NCBI GenBank assembly: GCA_965372795.1
Contig: CBDVDR010000002.1
Span: 192,001 to 256,000, forward strand
DNA from: an uncultured bacterium
Lineage (GTDB): Bacteria > Zixibacteria > MSB-5A5 > GN15 > FEB-12
Reading direction: 5' to 3'
Length of the DNA stretch: 64,000 nucleotides
Made by a program: the position numbers and the translations under genes. The notes under the pieces are model-generated. The model saw only the letters and a program-made list of their open reading frames with translations, was not told where the DNA came from and made no database searches. Shown here piece by piece: positions 46,413 to 56,316 of the stretch. Positions within the stretch are counted from its first letter, which is position 1. The number at the start of each line of letters is the position of its first letter.

Positions 46413-48755
46413 TTGAGAAGTTTATTAGCCCTATTAATAATTTTATTACTTTCAACTGTTGCTTATTCAGATACAAGTAAATTGACGGTTGAACAACAGA
46501 TTCAAATAGTAACCGACTATATGGCAATTTCCAATCAAAGCCATAAAATACCATCAGCATTCAGACTTGGATATGATGAACCGATTGAGTTTCATGAACC
46601 GGCCAAATGCGGTATGTCGGCAGCTATGGAATTTTCGATGAATCGTCATCTGATTAGTAAAGATGTTATGCAAAGCATGGGATTGTCGACTATGGCCAGA
46701 CCGGATTTACAAAGCAGTTTTGTAAGCCCCGAAGGATTATTTAAAATTCATTACGATGTGTCCGGCTCTGCGGCTGTCTATGAACCTGAAAAAGATTCAG
46801 ACAATGACGGAGTTCCTGATTATGTGGAGAGTGTTGCTGAAATTTTTGAATATGTCTATCACTATGTGATCGATACTCTTGGTTATCCGGTACCGCCAAC
46901 TGATGAAGATGTTGATGGCGACCCGACTTATGATGTTTTTATTGGTGATTTTGATGTCAGCGCTTATGGATATACTGCTTCAGATGATCCTGATATCCCG
47001 GTAACCAGTAATCACAGAATTTCCTCTTATATTGAAATTGACAACGATTATAAAAATATATCCCGGTACAAAGATCGCCCGCTTGATGCGGTTAAAGTTA
47101 CAGCGGCTCACGAATATTTTCATGCTATCCATTTTGGTCTTGATTATAAAGAGTTCGAATCTTATTACGTCCCCGCTAATCTAAATCGAAGATACTGGAT
47201 GGAAATGACTTCGACCTGGATGGAAGAAGAGATTTATGATGATGTAAATGACTATTATGCTTATATCCCTGTATTTTTTAATAATCCTCACTTATCAATT
47301 CAACAATTTAGCAGTTATAGCGATTTGCATCCTTATGGTGCAGTGGTTTTTCCAATCTTTCTGGTGGAAAAATTTGGTAAAGAAATGATAAGAGATATCT
47401 GGCTTGAATGCGGAGATATTCCCGGTCCGAATTTATTGCTTGCTCTTGACCATGCCTTAGACCCTTTGTATTTCGATGATACAACGGTGGCTCAGATGTC
47501 CACTGCTATTCCTCAGGTATTTTCTGAATTTGCCCTTTGGAATATGTTTACGGGTATCAGGGGAGATAAAGCACCGAATGGGATTGGTTATTCTGAACGA
47601 AATTTCTATCCTGAAATTCCCGATTTTGCTTTTGGTGTTTATAATCAATTTCCCCATTTGCAAAGCGCTTCAAAAAACGTTCATAACCCGGATCATTTAG
47701 CAGCGGCTTATCTTAAGTTTGATCAGCTTCAGGCATTCCAGGAAACATCTTACTGGGTTAATGCTGTCAATGATTCATTGGGGATCGTTGATACATCTTA
47801 CTGGAATTGTTCGGTTTATTTGTGTGAAGAGATTGATCCGGACTGTCTGATTTATGGACCAGAGTGTTGTATTGATTCAACTTGTTTTGATTCGGTCCAG
47901 ATATTTGATCTAAATGAAGGCTATGAATGGGTAACCATTGACACAAACTGGTGTGATACCTGTGAAATGATAAATCTATCCGGTCAAAACTATTTGTATG
48001 ATGATGGCGGCGAAATTCGTGATACAATGATAAGTAGCTATGATTTTGTAAAAACAGATTCCGCTTTGATCATTGATGCCGCTTTGGACAGAAATTTCAA
48101 TCGAACCTGGGGAGCTACATTTGTATATCAGTTAGCAAGTAACCGTGATTCTTTTGTTGTTTTTGACACATTATTGGTAGGGGAAGCCCAGCACTTCGAG
48201 ATACTCCATCCCCGAAATTTCAGATCAGTCACTTTGATATTATCGCCAGCCTCGGAATTGAGAGGCTTTTATCAGTATGCCACATCAGCACAGCAAAAAG
48301 TAATCGGGTTCTATGCAACCGGCGGTATGGTTGATTCACTCCGTGAATCATCAATTGATTATAATAATATTAGTGTTTCGGCTGAGGTCATGTATGCTTA
48401 TCCGAATCCGGCTGTGGCTGAACAGATGGGGAGTGAAGATCTTAAAATAAGATTTCAGATTCCGACTGATGAAACAAGTCAGTACCTTTATAGTCAGCCT
48501 TATTTAACGATGGATATTTATACTGTTGCCGGAGAATATATAAGATTTATTGATACTGTTGTTACGGTAATGACAACAGATATTTATAGTGAAAATGAAA
48601 GATCAGTACTTTACGAATCAAGTTGGGATATGAAAAATGCAAATGGTACTGATGTTGCCTCGGGTGTTTATTTAATTATTGCCCGATTATATTCTGGTGA
48701 AGAAGTCGGTAATCTTTTATTTGAAACTACAACAAAAGTAGCAATTATACGATGA
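46413..48755 (+). CDS. Secreted zinc metalloprotease with a C-terminal FlgD-Ig / T9SS-sorting-like domain
   Basis: Signal peptide; TAAHEYFHAIH...WMEMTSTWME; YPNP...IYTVAGE...WD..N..G..VASGVY. Confidence 0.8.
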   Translation: MRSLLALLIILLLSTVAYSDTSKLTVEQQIQIVTDYMAISNQSHKIPSAFRLGYDEPIEFHEPAKCGMSAAMEFSMNRHLISKDVMQSMGLSTMARPDLQSSFVSPEGLFKIHYDVSGSAAVYEPEKDSDNDGVPDYVESVAEIFEYVYHYVIDTLGYPVPPTDEDVDGDPTYDVFIGDFDVSAYGYTASDDPDIPVTSNHRISSYIEIDNDYKNISRYKDRPLDAVKVTAAHEYFHAIHFGLDYKEFESYYVPANLNRRYWMEMTSTWMEEEIYDDVNDYYAYIPVFFNNPHLSIQQFSSYSDLHPYGAVVFPIFLVEKFGKEMIRDIWLECGDIPGPNLLLALDHALDPLYFDDTTVAQMSTAIPQVFSEFALWNMFTGIRGDKAPNGIGYSERNFYPEIPDFAFGVYNQFPHLQSASKNVHNPDHLAAAYLKFDQLQAFQETSYWVNAVNDSLGIVDTSYWNCSVYLCEEIDPDCLIYGPECCIDSTCFDSVQIFDLNEGYEWVTIDTNWCDTCEMINLSGQNYLYDDGGEIRDTMISSYDFVKTDSALIIDAALDRNFNRTWGATFVYQLASNRDSFVVFDTLLVGEAQHFEILHPRNFRSVTLILSPASELRGFYQYATSAQQKVIGFYATGGMVDSLRESSIDYNNISVSAEVMYAYPNPAVAEQMGSEDLKIRFQIPTDETSQYLYSQPYLTMDIYTVAGEYIRFIDTVVTVMTTDIYSENERSVLYESSWDMKNANGTDVASGVYLIIARLYSGEEVGNLLFETTTKVAIIR

Positions 48756-49282
48756 CACGATTAAGGCTGATTACAAGAATTGCCCTTTTTTCAGCCTTAA
48801 TTTATGTTTTTTCGTGGATGACAGCTTATTTCCCCAATTTCAACCTGATATTCTTTTTAGTTTTTGCCGCCGGATTTATGTGGGGCGTTTTGCCGGGTGT
48901 ATTAGTCGGGGCGGTTGGAATGGCATTATGGACATTTTTCAACCCTTACGGTCCGGCTCCTTTACCAATCATGTTTTCACAGATTCTTGGTGCCTCACTG
49001 GGTGGGATTATCGGCAGTTTCTTTCATCTGGTTAAATGGGATACCCTTGGTAAATTGGCTTTAAATGGGGCTCTGGTTATTGCGGCAATTCTTTGTACAG
49101 TGCTTTATTATCTTCCGGTAACTTTGGTCGATGCCTGGCTTTTTCAGCCATTTTGGCCGAGATTTTATTCCGGAATAGTCTGGGTTGGGATTTCAGTATT
49201 TAGTAATATTTTAATTTTCCCGTTGCTTTTTTCAGTAATTCGTAATTTATATTTTAAAGAATGTTCAAAGTTAACTACATAA
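48752..49282 (+). CDS. ECF transporter S-component-like membrane protein
   Basis: 176 aa with 5-6 TMs; IALFSAL, PN motif, Gly-rich helices, NPYG. Confidence 0.75.
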   Translation: MTRLRLITRIALFSALIYVFSWMTAYFPNFNLIFFLVFAAGFMWGVLPGVLVGAVGMALWTFFNPYGPAPLPIMFSQILGASLGGIIGSFFHLVKWDTLGKLALNGALVIAAILCTVLYYLPVTLVDAWLFQPFWPRFYSGIVWVGISVFSNILIFPLLFSVIRNLYFKECSKLTT

Positions 49283-51294
49283 AATATTTAAGCCTGATTA
49301 TTTTTCTCTGTGGAATCTCAGTTTCTGCTGAAGAAAATCAGGACAGTAATAAAATCAGTTCCGAATCATCAATAAGCAGTATTGTTAAACCGGCTGATTC
49401 ACTTAAGATTGACTCCCTATCAGCAGATTCTTTATTAGCTGATTCGACCGTTGATCTATTTTCTGAAAAATTATCAAAATTCAAAGAATCACAAAAAGCT
49501 TTGCCGAAGTTCTCATTTTTTGACAGCTTGATAACCTACTTTGTAAGTGAGCGGTTTAACTATGCTGACAAGATTGATCAGGCTTTTTATCATGATGGCG
49601 GGGATTTTTTCCGCTACGATCCATCGTTTTTTGTAAAAGAGTATCAACCCACACCGATGCGAAAGACAGTACAGCCCTTTGGATTGACTGGAAACAGGAT
49701 TAACTATTTCCAAAATCAGTTTCAGTTAGCACCCTTTGAACATATGCCCGAGCCGGATGGAATGTATGATTTTAATGATTTCCCAACAGCTCTCAGTCAG
49801 GATGTTTATATACTGCCGGGAGCAATCGGTCAGGTTTTTGGAGGAAGAAGTTCTGTTTCAACAATTTTGACCCTTCCTAAGCGACCGATAAGTGACCTTG
49901 CCGAAACATCATTCAAAAGCGATCAGGGTTCATTCGGTTATTCTTACACACGGGGGAGTTATTCAAAGAGATTTGAGTCGGGGAAAGATATTGATCTTTC
50001 TATCGGTTATCGTGACGGAAACGGTTCTGATCTTGGCCGAGATGATGATGCTTATCATTATTTTGGCGACTTTACTTTTCCAATGACGGCAACCTCCTCA
50101 ATCCAGGCAATCGGACAATTGTATAACCGTGACGGGTCATTTGGTGTACAGCCTGATTTGGGTGGAACATCAATAGTTAGAGAACGGTTTGATAGAAATC
50201 TACGGGTTGCTTACTCCTCTCAAAATGAGATAGGAAACCATCGCAATGAAGTCGGCTATTTTCATTATCGTCAGGGTTCTTATACCAACGAGCCATATTA
50301 TACGCGATTCAATATAACCGGTCACGGGGGATATGCTCTTCATGAAAGAGGAGATTCTCTTGCGGTTTTGCAGGCAAAACTCGAAGCTGATTATCATATT
50401 TATGATCAAGGAGCGAGTGATATTGATCGGGCAGTTTTAACCGGATCGACAAATTATATGAAAAAAAATCAGAGTCATGTTCTCGCAACTTCAGCTTCGG
50501 TTCGCTATGGGAAACATATCGGTCTGCTGCCTTCAGTTTCGTTTACCTTCAGTAAAGATTTGAAGTCATCATATTTTTTAATGTCAGTCGGTTATGCAAC
50601 AAAAGAACCATCACTTCATCAGCTATTTAAACTATATCAATCCGATGCTATTTATATACCAACTGCCGGACTTTATGCCGATGGCGGCAACGGGTATCTT
50701 GAAAACGAAAAAGAATTGACAGCGACACTCTTTTATGAATTAGGTTCGCTTGCCAGCCGGGTTTCATTCTCAGCCACAGGCGGTAAAATATTTGATGGGA
50801 TAGACTGGTACAATTTTGACGAATTAACAATTGTGAATGGATCACCAGTTACTACGAAAGTATTTCAACCGGAAAATATAGATATTAATTTTCTGACATT
50901 GTCTTTAAAAGGGCAAACGTATTTTTCAAATTACTTTAAACTGCTTGGCGGTGGTTCATATCATTTGGTTGACTATAAAGATATTGAGAGAGAGTGGTAT
51001 GACCCTGAATTCCAGATTTTTGCAGGCGGGGAATTGCATTATTTCTGGGAAAGTAAGCTTATTGATTTCTTTGCCTATGGTGATCTGACCTATGTAGATA
51101 AGTATAACGGGTATACCGAACCCGATCTGGCAGGTGAAATGATTTTTAACGGTAAAATTTCAATGAAGTTAAAAGATTTCAGATTTAATTTTGTTACTAT
51201 GAATATATTATTCAATGATTTTAAAAATCAGGACGGTCTAAATATTTCCAGCAGATATACATATTACAGCATAATCTGGAACTTCCTGAATTGA
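49261..51294 (+). CDS. Outer-membrane beta-barrel, TonB-dependent-receptor-like
   Basis: Signal peptide; plug-like DG..D....P......V.ILPG.....FGG; alternating aromatic strands; C-terminal YYSIIWNF. Confidence 0.65.
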   Translation: MFKVNYIKYLSLIIFLCGISVSAEENQDSNKISSESSISSIVKPADSLKIDSLSADSLLADSTVDLFSEKLSKFKESQKALPKFSFFDSLITYFVSERFNYADKIDQAFYHDGGDFFRYDPSFFVKEYQPTPMRKTVQPFGLTGNRINYFQNQFQLAPFEHMPEPDGMYDFNDFPTALSQDVYILPGAIGQVFGGRSSVSTILTLPKRPISDLAETSFKSDQGSFGYSYTRGSYSKRFESGKDIDLSIGYRDGNGSDLGRDDDAYHYFGDFTFPMTATSSIQAIGQLYNRDGSFGVQPDLGGTSIVRERFDRNLRVAYSSQNEIGNHRNEVGYFHYRQGSYTNEPYYTRFNITGHGGYALHERGDSLAVLQAKLEADYHIYDQGASDIDRAVLTGSTNYMKKNQSHVLATSASVRYGKHIGLLPSVSFTFSKDLKSSYFLMSVGYATKEPSLHQLFKLYQSDAIYIPTAGLYADGGNGYLENEKELTATLFYELGSLASRVSFSATGGKIFDGIDWYNFDELTIVNGSPVTTKVFQPENIDINFLTLSLKGQTYFSNYFKLLGGGSYHLVDYKDIEREWYDPEFQIFAGGELHYFWESKLIDFFAYGDLTYVDKYNGYTEPDLAGEMIFNGKISMKLKDFRFNFVTMNILFNDFKNQDGLNISSRYTYYSIIWNFLN

Positions 51295-51308
51295 TGTAAT
51301 TGACGACC

Positions 51309-51336
51309 TTGACTTGTCTTGAATAAACCGTTTAAT
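51309..51336 (+). promoter_or_regulatory. Candidate promoter directly abutting an ATG (possibly leaderless)
   Basis: TTGACT-16 nt-TTTAAT, 7 nt before ATG 51344. Confidence 0.45.
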
Positions 51337-51343
51337 TCTCATT

Positions 51344-51904
51344 ATGCTAAATATCCAAATCACAAGAGATCAGGCATATCAATTAGTTGTTGAAAAAATC
51401 GGTGTGAATAATCTGCTGAAACATATTCTTGCGGTTGAAGCCGGGATGCGAAAGATGGCGGAGTTTTTGGGTGAGGATATTGAGTTTTGGGGACTGACCG
51501 GACTTCTCCACGATCTTGATTACAACGAAACTAAAGATGATGAAAAAAAGCATACCTATATAACTGCTGACTGGCTGGAACAATATAAATTGCCCGAGGA
51601 AATGATGTATGCGATTCATGCCCATCCGGGGCATGTGCCCTGTAAGAGTAAGCTTGACTGGGCGTTGTACAGCATTGATCCGACCACCGGATTTATTGTT
51701 GCCTGTGCTTTAATGCATCCCTCGAAAAAACTTGCCTCGATTGATGAAGCCTTTATGCTTCGCCGTTTTAATGAAAAACGGTTTGCTGCCGGAGCCAGTC
51801 GGGAGAATATGAGAGCCTGTTCCAACTTGGGCATGGAGCCGGGGGATTTTTTGATGCTTATTCGTGAAGGAATGATGAATATCACTGACCAGCTTGGTCT
51901 GTAA
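51344..51904 (+). CDS. HD/HDIG-domain hydrolase
   Basis: KH..AVEA.M, GLLHDLD, HAH, D..TG. Confidence 0.9.
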   Translation: MLNIQITRDQAYQLVVEKIGVNNLLKHILAVEAGMRKMAEFLGEDIEFWGLTGLLHDLDYNETKDDEKKHTYITADWLEQYKLPEEMMYAIHAHPGHVPCKSKLDWALYSIDPTTGFIVACALMHPSKKLASIDEAFMLRRFNEKRFAAGASRENMRACSNLGMEPGDFLMLIREGMMNITDQLGL

Positions 51905-51905
51905 C

Positions 51906-53231
51906 ATGAGTCAACCCAATTCAGTATTTCGAAAAGATGTAATTGGCTGGTCGTTATATGATTTTGCCAATACAATCTATTCGATGAATATTGTTTCATT
52001 GTACCTGAAACGATATATCGTGGAAGACCTTCAAAAAGATCATCTCTATTTTGACATTCCGTTTTCAATCTCAATGCTAATTGCGGCTTTACTATTGCCG
52101 GCGTTGGGAGCGATGTCGGATCATTCGACCAAGAAAAAAATATTTGTCTTTTTGTTTACAATAACATGTTGTATCGCTGTTGGTCTGTTAAACTTTATTC
52201 CGCCTTCAATGTTAATTATTACAATGATTCTGTTTGTAATTGCAAATTTTGCCTATGAAGCAGCCCAGCCATTCTATAATTCATTGCTTTACTCAGTCTC
52301 CGATGGTAAAGAAGCGAGATTTATAAGCGGGGTAGGGGTAGCGCTTGGTTATGTCGGTTCGGTAGTGGGGATGATTTTAGTGCTTCCGTTTGTAAGCGGA
52401 TCAATCTTTTCAATTGATGTTCCATTTTTGGATGGTGCCGGTAAGACAGCTTCTTTTATCCCGACGGCAATACTGTTCCTTCTGTTTTCAATCCCTTTGC
52501 TTTTGTGGGTTAAAGAAAAAAAGGTTAAGATTACAAAAAAAATTACAGTTCGTCAGGCTTATCGGGATGTCTGGGATGGTATCCGCCAGACAAAAAAATA
52601 TCCCGGAGTTTTGCGATTTCTGATTGCTGATTATTTTTTTGAGGATGCGGTCACTACGGTAATTTTGAATATCGGGGTTTATTGTGCCGTGGTAATCGGT
52701 TTTTCTGATAATGCGATAACATTATTTTTGATAATCTCAACGATCAGTGCGGTGATCGGATCATTTATTATTGGTAAGATTTCACAGCATTACTCATTAA
52801 AGAGGCTGCTGAATATAATTATCGTCGGCTGGGTGCTGAGTTTATGCCTGTTTATTTTCACAGAAAATGAATCTATTATTTGGATTTTAGGATCAGTTGT
52901 CGGGATTCTTCTCGGCGGACTCTGGACAACAACCCGTCCGATGCTGGCCGAGTTGGTTCCGCGCGAGGAACTGGGCAGGTTTTTTGGGCTGTTTTCACTT
53001 TCAGGTCGAGCGGCTGCCATAGTTGGACCGTTAGTTTGGACAACAATTTTATATTATTTTGATGCCCAGAGATTTATGGGGCAGGCAATGGTTGACATGT
53101 TCAATCTTTCTGAAGATACTTCAGAGAAACTTCCGTATAAACTTGGTATTCTCGTATTAGTGTTTATGATGTTAATAGGATTATATATATTCAGAAAAGT
53201 TCCCCACACCCAAAGGCAGCATAATGGCTAA
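51906..53231 (+). CDS. MFS transporter (Atg22/UMF1-like)
   Basis: WSLYDFAN, P.LGA.SD, YNSLL, FFGLF; about 12 TMs. Confidence 0.9.
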   Translation: MSQPNSVFRKDVIGWSLYDFANTIYSMNIVSLYLKRYIVEDLQKDHLYFDIPFSISMLIAALLLPALGAMSDHSTKKKIFVFLFTITCCIAVGLLNFIPPSMLIITMILFVIANFAYEAAQPFYNSLLYSVSDGKEARFISGVGVALGYVGSVVGMILVLPFVSGSIFSIDVPFLDGAGKTASFIPTAILFLLFSIPLLLWVKEKKVKITKKITVRQAYRDVWDGIRQTKKYPGVLRFLIADYFFEDAVTTVILNIGVYCAVVIGFSDNAITLFLIISTISAVIGSFIIGKISQHYSLKRLLNIIIVGWVLSLCLFIFTENESIIWILGSVVGILLGGLWTTTRPMLAELVPREELGRFFGLFSLSGRAAAIVGPLVWTTILYYFDAQRFMGQAMVDMFNLSEDTSEKLPYKLGILVLVFMMLIGLYIFRKVPHTQRQHNG

Positions 53232-54273
53232 GCAAAATGGTGATTTCTATCATTACGGGGGAGCAATACATATTCATACGACCGAATCCGATGGCACCAG
53301 GACAATAGAAGAAGTTGTAGAATTGGGACAGCAGGTAGGACTCGATTTTATGCTCTTTTCAGATCACATGACACTTTCGAATCAGGAGAATGGCAAAGAA
53401 GGATTCTACGATAAAACTCTGGTACTTGTCGGTTATGAACATAATGATCTCGATGATAAGCATCACTATTTACTTTTTAACTCACCCAAAGTTTATGATA
53501 GCACCATTGAGGTGGCTGAATTTGTAGCTGCCGGAGCAGAAGATAAGGCCATTGGTTTTATGGCTCACCCCGATGAAATCCGCACCCGGTTGTCGGAGTA
53601 TCCGCCTTATCCCTGGATTGACTGGGATGTGAAAGGGTATACCGGGATTGAACTCTGGAACCAGATGTCGGAATGGATTGAGAAGTTGAGAAAATATAAT
53701 AAATTGATTATGCTATTTTCTCCTCGAAGATCTATCGTGGCTCCGACTGAGCGAATTTTAAAAAAATGGGATGAAGTTAATATCGAACGCAAAGTTGCCG
53801 GAATTGCCGGTGTTGATGCTCATGCTTTCCCGATAAAAGCCGGTCCGATAACAGTTGAAATATTTCCCTACAAAGTTCATTTTAAAACTCTGCGAACCTA
53901 TATAATTCTTCCCGAGCCGATGTCAGATGATTTTAAAACTGCCCGGAAGCAGATTTATAACGCTTTTAGAAATTGTAATCTCTATTTTGCCAATGTTCGA
54001 GGTGGCGATGCTGAAAATTTTGAATTTTATGCTTTATCAAATTCTACTAAAGTATCTTCGGGCGGATCAATCAATATAGAAAGCGAAGTGACTCTGCAGG
54101 TAAAACTGCCTTCAAAGGCGACCATAAGAATAATACATAATGGGAAAAAAATAGTTGAGACTTATTCAAATATTCTGCAATATAAGACTTGTGAGTCTGG
54201 TATTTATAGAGTAGAAGCCTGGCAAGGCAAACGAGGCTGGATTTTTTCAAATCATATAAGGGTAGGAGTTTAA
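53224..54273 (+). CDS. PHP-like metallohydrolase
   Basis: HIHT..SDG, SDH, AHP, GIELWN, DAH; C-terminal Ig-like segment (G.YRVE). Confidence 0.85.
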   Translation: MAKQNGDFYHYGGAIHIHTTESDGTRTIEEVVELGQQVGLDFMLFSDHMTLSNQENGKEGFYDKTLVLVGYEHNDLDDKHHYLLFNSPKVYDSTIEVAEFVAAGAEDKAIGFMAHPDEIRTRLSEYPPYPWIDWDVKGYTGIELWNQMSEWIEKLRKYNKLIMLFSPRRSIVAPTERILKKWDEVNIERKVAGIAGVDAHAFPIKAGPITVEIFPYKVHFKTLRTYIILPEPMSDDFKTARKQIYNAFRNCNLYFANVRGGDAENFEFYALSNSTKVSSGGSINIESEVTLQVKLPSKATIRIIHNGKKIVETYSNILQYKTCESGIYRVEAWQGKRGWIFSNHIRVGV

Positions 54274-54275
54274 AC

Positions 54276-54683
54276 TTGAGCAATAACAACTTTGAGATAA
54301 TCAACTTTTTTCCAAAAGCCCCATTGGAAGTTGCCCGTGAACATGTTAAGATAAGATTCAAATTTGTCGTGATTTCAAATTCTGACTCGATGAAACTTGT
54401 CTGGGGACCGCTTGAAGATTTTCCGTATCATGCGAACCTAATTGATAAATATTGTGAATTTAAGGAAGTGCCATCGAATTGGATCAAAAAACCTGATTTG
54501 GTTGAAATTATAGACAGTGATTACGAAATCAGAGGTGGTGGCTGGATGGAAGTCAATACCGAACTGAATGTTGTCATTTTATACAGCGAATCGACCGCTT
54601 ATGGGAAATTTAAATCAGAGGATATAGAATTCGATAAATTGTTAAATCAATATTTTATCGATTATAAAATCGAAGTTAACTGA
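54276..54683 (+). CDS. Hypothetical protein resembling Janus/Ocnus (PHPT1) phosphohistidine phosphatase
   Basis: AGGAG RBS with TTG start; FKFV...YHANLIDK...GGG...YSESTAYG. Confidence 0.6.
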   Translation: MSNNNFEIINFFPKAPLEVAREHVKIRFKFVVISNSDSMKLVWGPLEDFPYHANLIDKYCEFKEVPSNWIKKPDLVEIIDSDYEIRGGGWMEVNTELNVVILYSESTAYGKFKSEDIEFDKLLNQYFIDYKIEVN

Positions 54684-54829
54684 AGCACTTGTGACAAAAA
54701 TATCATTCTATTTTATTGAAAAAATTTACCTAATGCCATAAAGCTTTAGATTTAAATGGAATAGAGAGGAAGCTTTATTTGCCCAACTTTACATTTTAAG
54801 TCATTTCATATAGATTTAATCAAAAATGC

Positions 54830-54858
54830 TTGACATCAATCCGTATAATGGGTAACCT
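54830..54858 (+). promoter_or_regulatory. nuo operon promoter
   Basis: TTGACA-17 nt-TAACCT. Confidence 0.6.
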
Positions 54859-54888
54859 TGAGCAATTAATTTAATAAGGTTTCTGATT

Positions 54889-55245
54889 ATGTTTGAGACA
54901 TTGTTTCCAATAATCTTATTAGTTGTTTTTGCAACAGTTTTGGCTGGATTACTGGTCAGTTTTTCCGTATTTTTGGGTAAACGCACAAAACTGGGCAAAA
55001 AAGGCGAACCGTATGAATGCGGCGTCGAGCCGGTAGGTTCTACCAAAAGTCCGGTGCCGGTCAAATTTTATATGGTAGCCATCTTATTTATCCTTTTTGA
55101 TATCGAAGTTATATTCTTATATCCCTGGGCGGTTATTTCACGAAAACTTGGAATGTTTGGACTAATTGAAATGTTCGTCTTTGTGATTATTTTATTGGTT
55201 GGGTATTTTTATGTCCTTGGAAAAGGAGCTTTGAAATGGGATTAG
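54889..55245 (+). CDS. nuoA: NADH-quinone oxidoreductase subunit A
   Basis: PYECG, FILFDIE..FLYPWA, KGALKW. Confidence 0.97.
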   Translation: MFETLFPIILLVVFATVLAGLLVSFSVFLGKRTKLGKKGEPYECGVEPVGSTKSPVPVKFYMVAILFILFDIEVIFLYPWAVISRKLGMFGLIEMFVFVIILLVGYFYVLGKGALKWD

Positions 55246-55739
55246 AAGAAAAAATTCCTGATTCAATAATATTGACCAGTCTTGATAAGATGGTAAACTG
55301 GGCGCGTAAACGCTCAATGTGGCCTCTTGGATTTGGACTTGCCTGTTGTGCGATTGAGATGATTTCTACTTTTGCATCTCATTATGATCTTTCTCGCTAT
55401 GGGATGGAAGTATTACGACCTTCTCCAAGACAGGCTGATTTGATGATTGTTGCCGGCCGAGTCTCTATGAAAATGGCTCCGGTAGTCAAAACGCTATATG
55501 AGCAGATGCCTAATCCAAAATGGGTTCTTTCGATGGGGTCCTGTGCATCCTGCGGCGGTGTTTTTAACAATTATGCAATTCTTCAGGGTGTTGATAGAAT
55601 TATTCCGGTAGATATGTATGTCCCCGGATGTCCGCCCAGACCTGAACAACTGATTGATGGCATTATGAAGATTCATGCCATGGTTGAAAAAGAATCTCTT
55701 AAAGATAAACGTGAAGAATGGGGACGTAAGGTCATTTAA
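55236..55739 (+). CDS. nuoB: NADH-quinone oxidoreductase subunit B
   Basis: [28 protein letters not shown]. Confidence 0.97.
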   Translation: MGLEEKIPDSIILTSLDKMVNWARKRSMWPLGFGLACCAIEMISTFASHYDLSRYGMEVLRPSPRQADLMIVAGRVSMKMAPVVKTLYEQMPNPKWVLSMGSCASCGGVFNNYAILQGVDRIIPVDMYVPGCPPRPEQLIDGIMKIHAMVEKESLKDKREEWGRKVI

Positions 55740-55782
55740 CCGTTCTCTGTTTTTTTGAATAAACAAAAGGTTTTATATAAAT

Positions 55783-56316
55783 TTGGACCAAGGTATTAAC
55801 ATAAAAGAAAAAATTCACGAACTTATTATATCCCGCTTTGCAGATGCTGTTCTCAAAGAGGATAATTTTCGCAATGAGGATTCTTATTATATAAAACCGG
55901 ATGCTCTCTTGGAAATTGTCCAGACTCTTTATGATAATGATGAGATTGATATTAAGTTTCTTAGTGATATAACTTCGCTTGACTGGCTTGGACATGAAAA
56001 AGAGAAAGACGGCAGATTCGAAGTTATTTATAATTTGTATTCACTTACTCATAAGTACCGGTTTTTCCTGAAAGTTCTGCTCCCATCTGATGATCCTCAT
56101 ATTGACACCTTGACTGATATTTATGCCGGCGCCAATTGGATGGAGAGAGAAGTTTTTGATTTAATGGGTATCAAGTTTGACGGTCATCCTGATTTGAAAA
56201 AGATTTTAACTGCCGATGAACTTGAAGGGCATCCGTTACGTAAAGATTTCCCGCTTACTTATGAAGTCCCCAGATTCAGCTGGAATAAAGACGATCCGCC
56301 AGAGGTGATAAAGTGA
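55783..56316 (+). CDS. nuoC: NADH-quinone oxidoreductase subunit C
   Basis: ANWMEREVFDLMGI.F.GHP, GHPLRKDFP. Confidence 0.96.
   Translation: MDQGINIKEKIHELIISRFADAVLKEDNFRNEDSYYIKPDALLEIVQTLYDNDEIDIKFLSDITSLDWLGHEKEKDGRFEVIYNLYSLTHKYRFFLKVLLPSDDPHIDTLTDIYAGANWMEREVFDLMGIKFDGHPDLKKILTADELEGHPLRKDFPLTYEVPRFSWNKDDPPEVIK

Noticed and set aside
54689..54706. Possible second Rex site upstream of nuoA (TTGTGACAAAAATATCAT)
   Set aside because: Only the left half matches and it is far from the predicted promoter.
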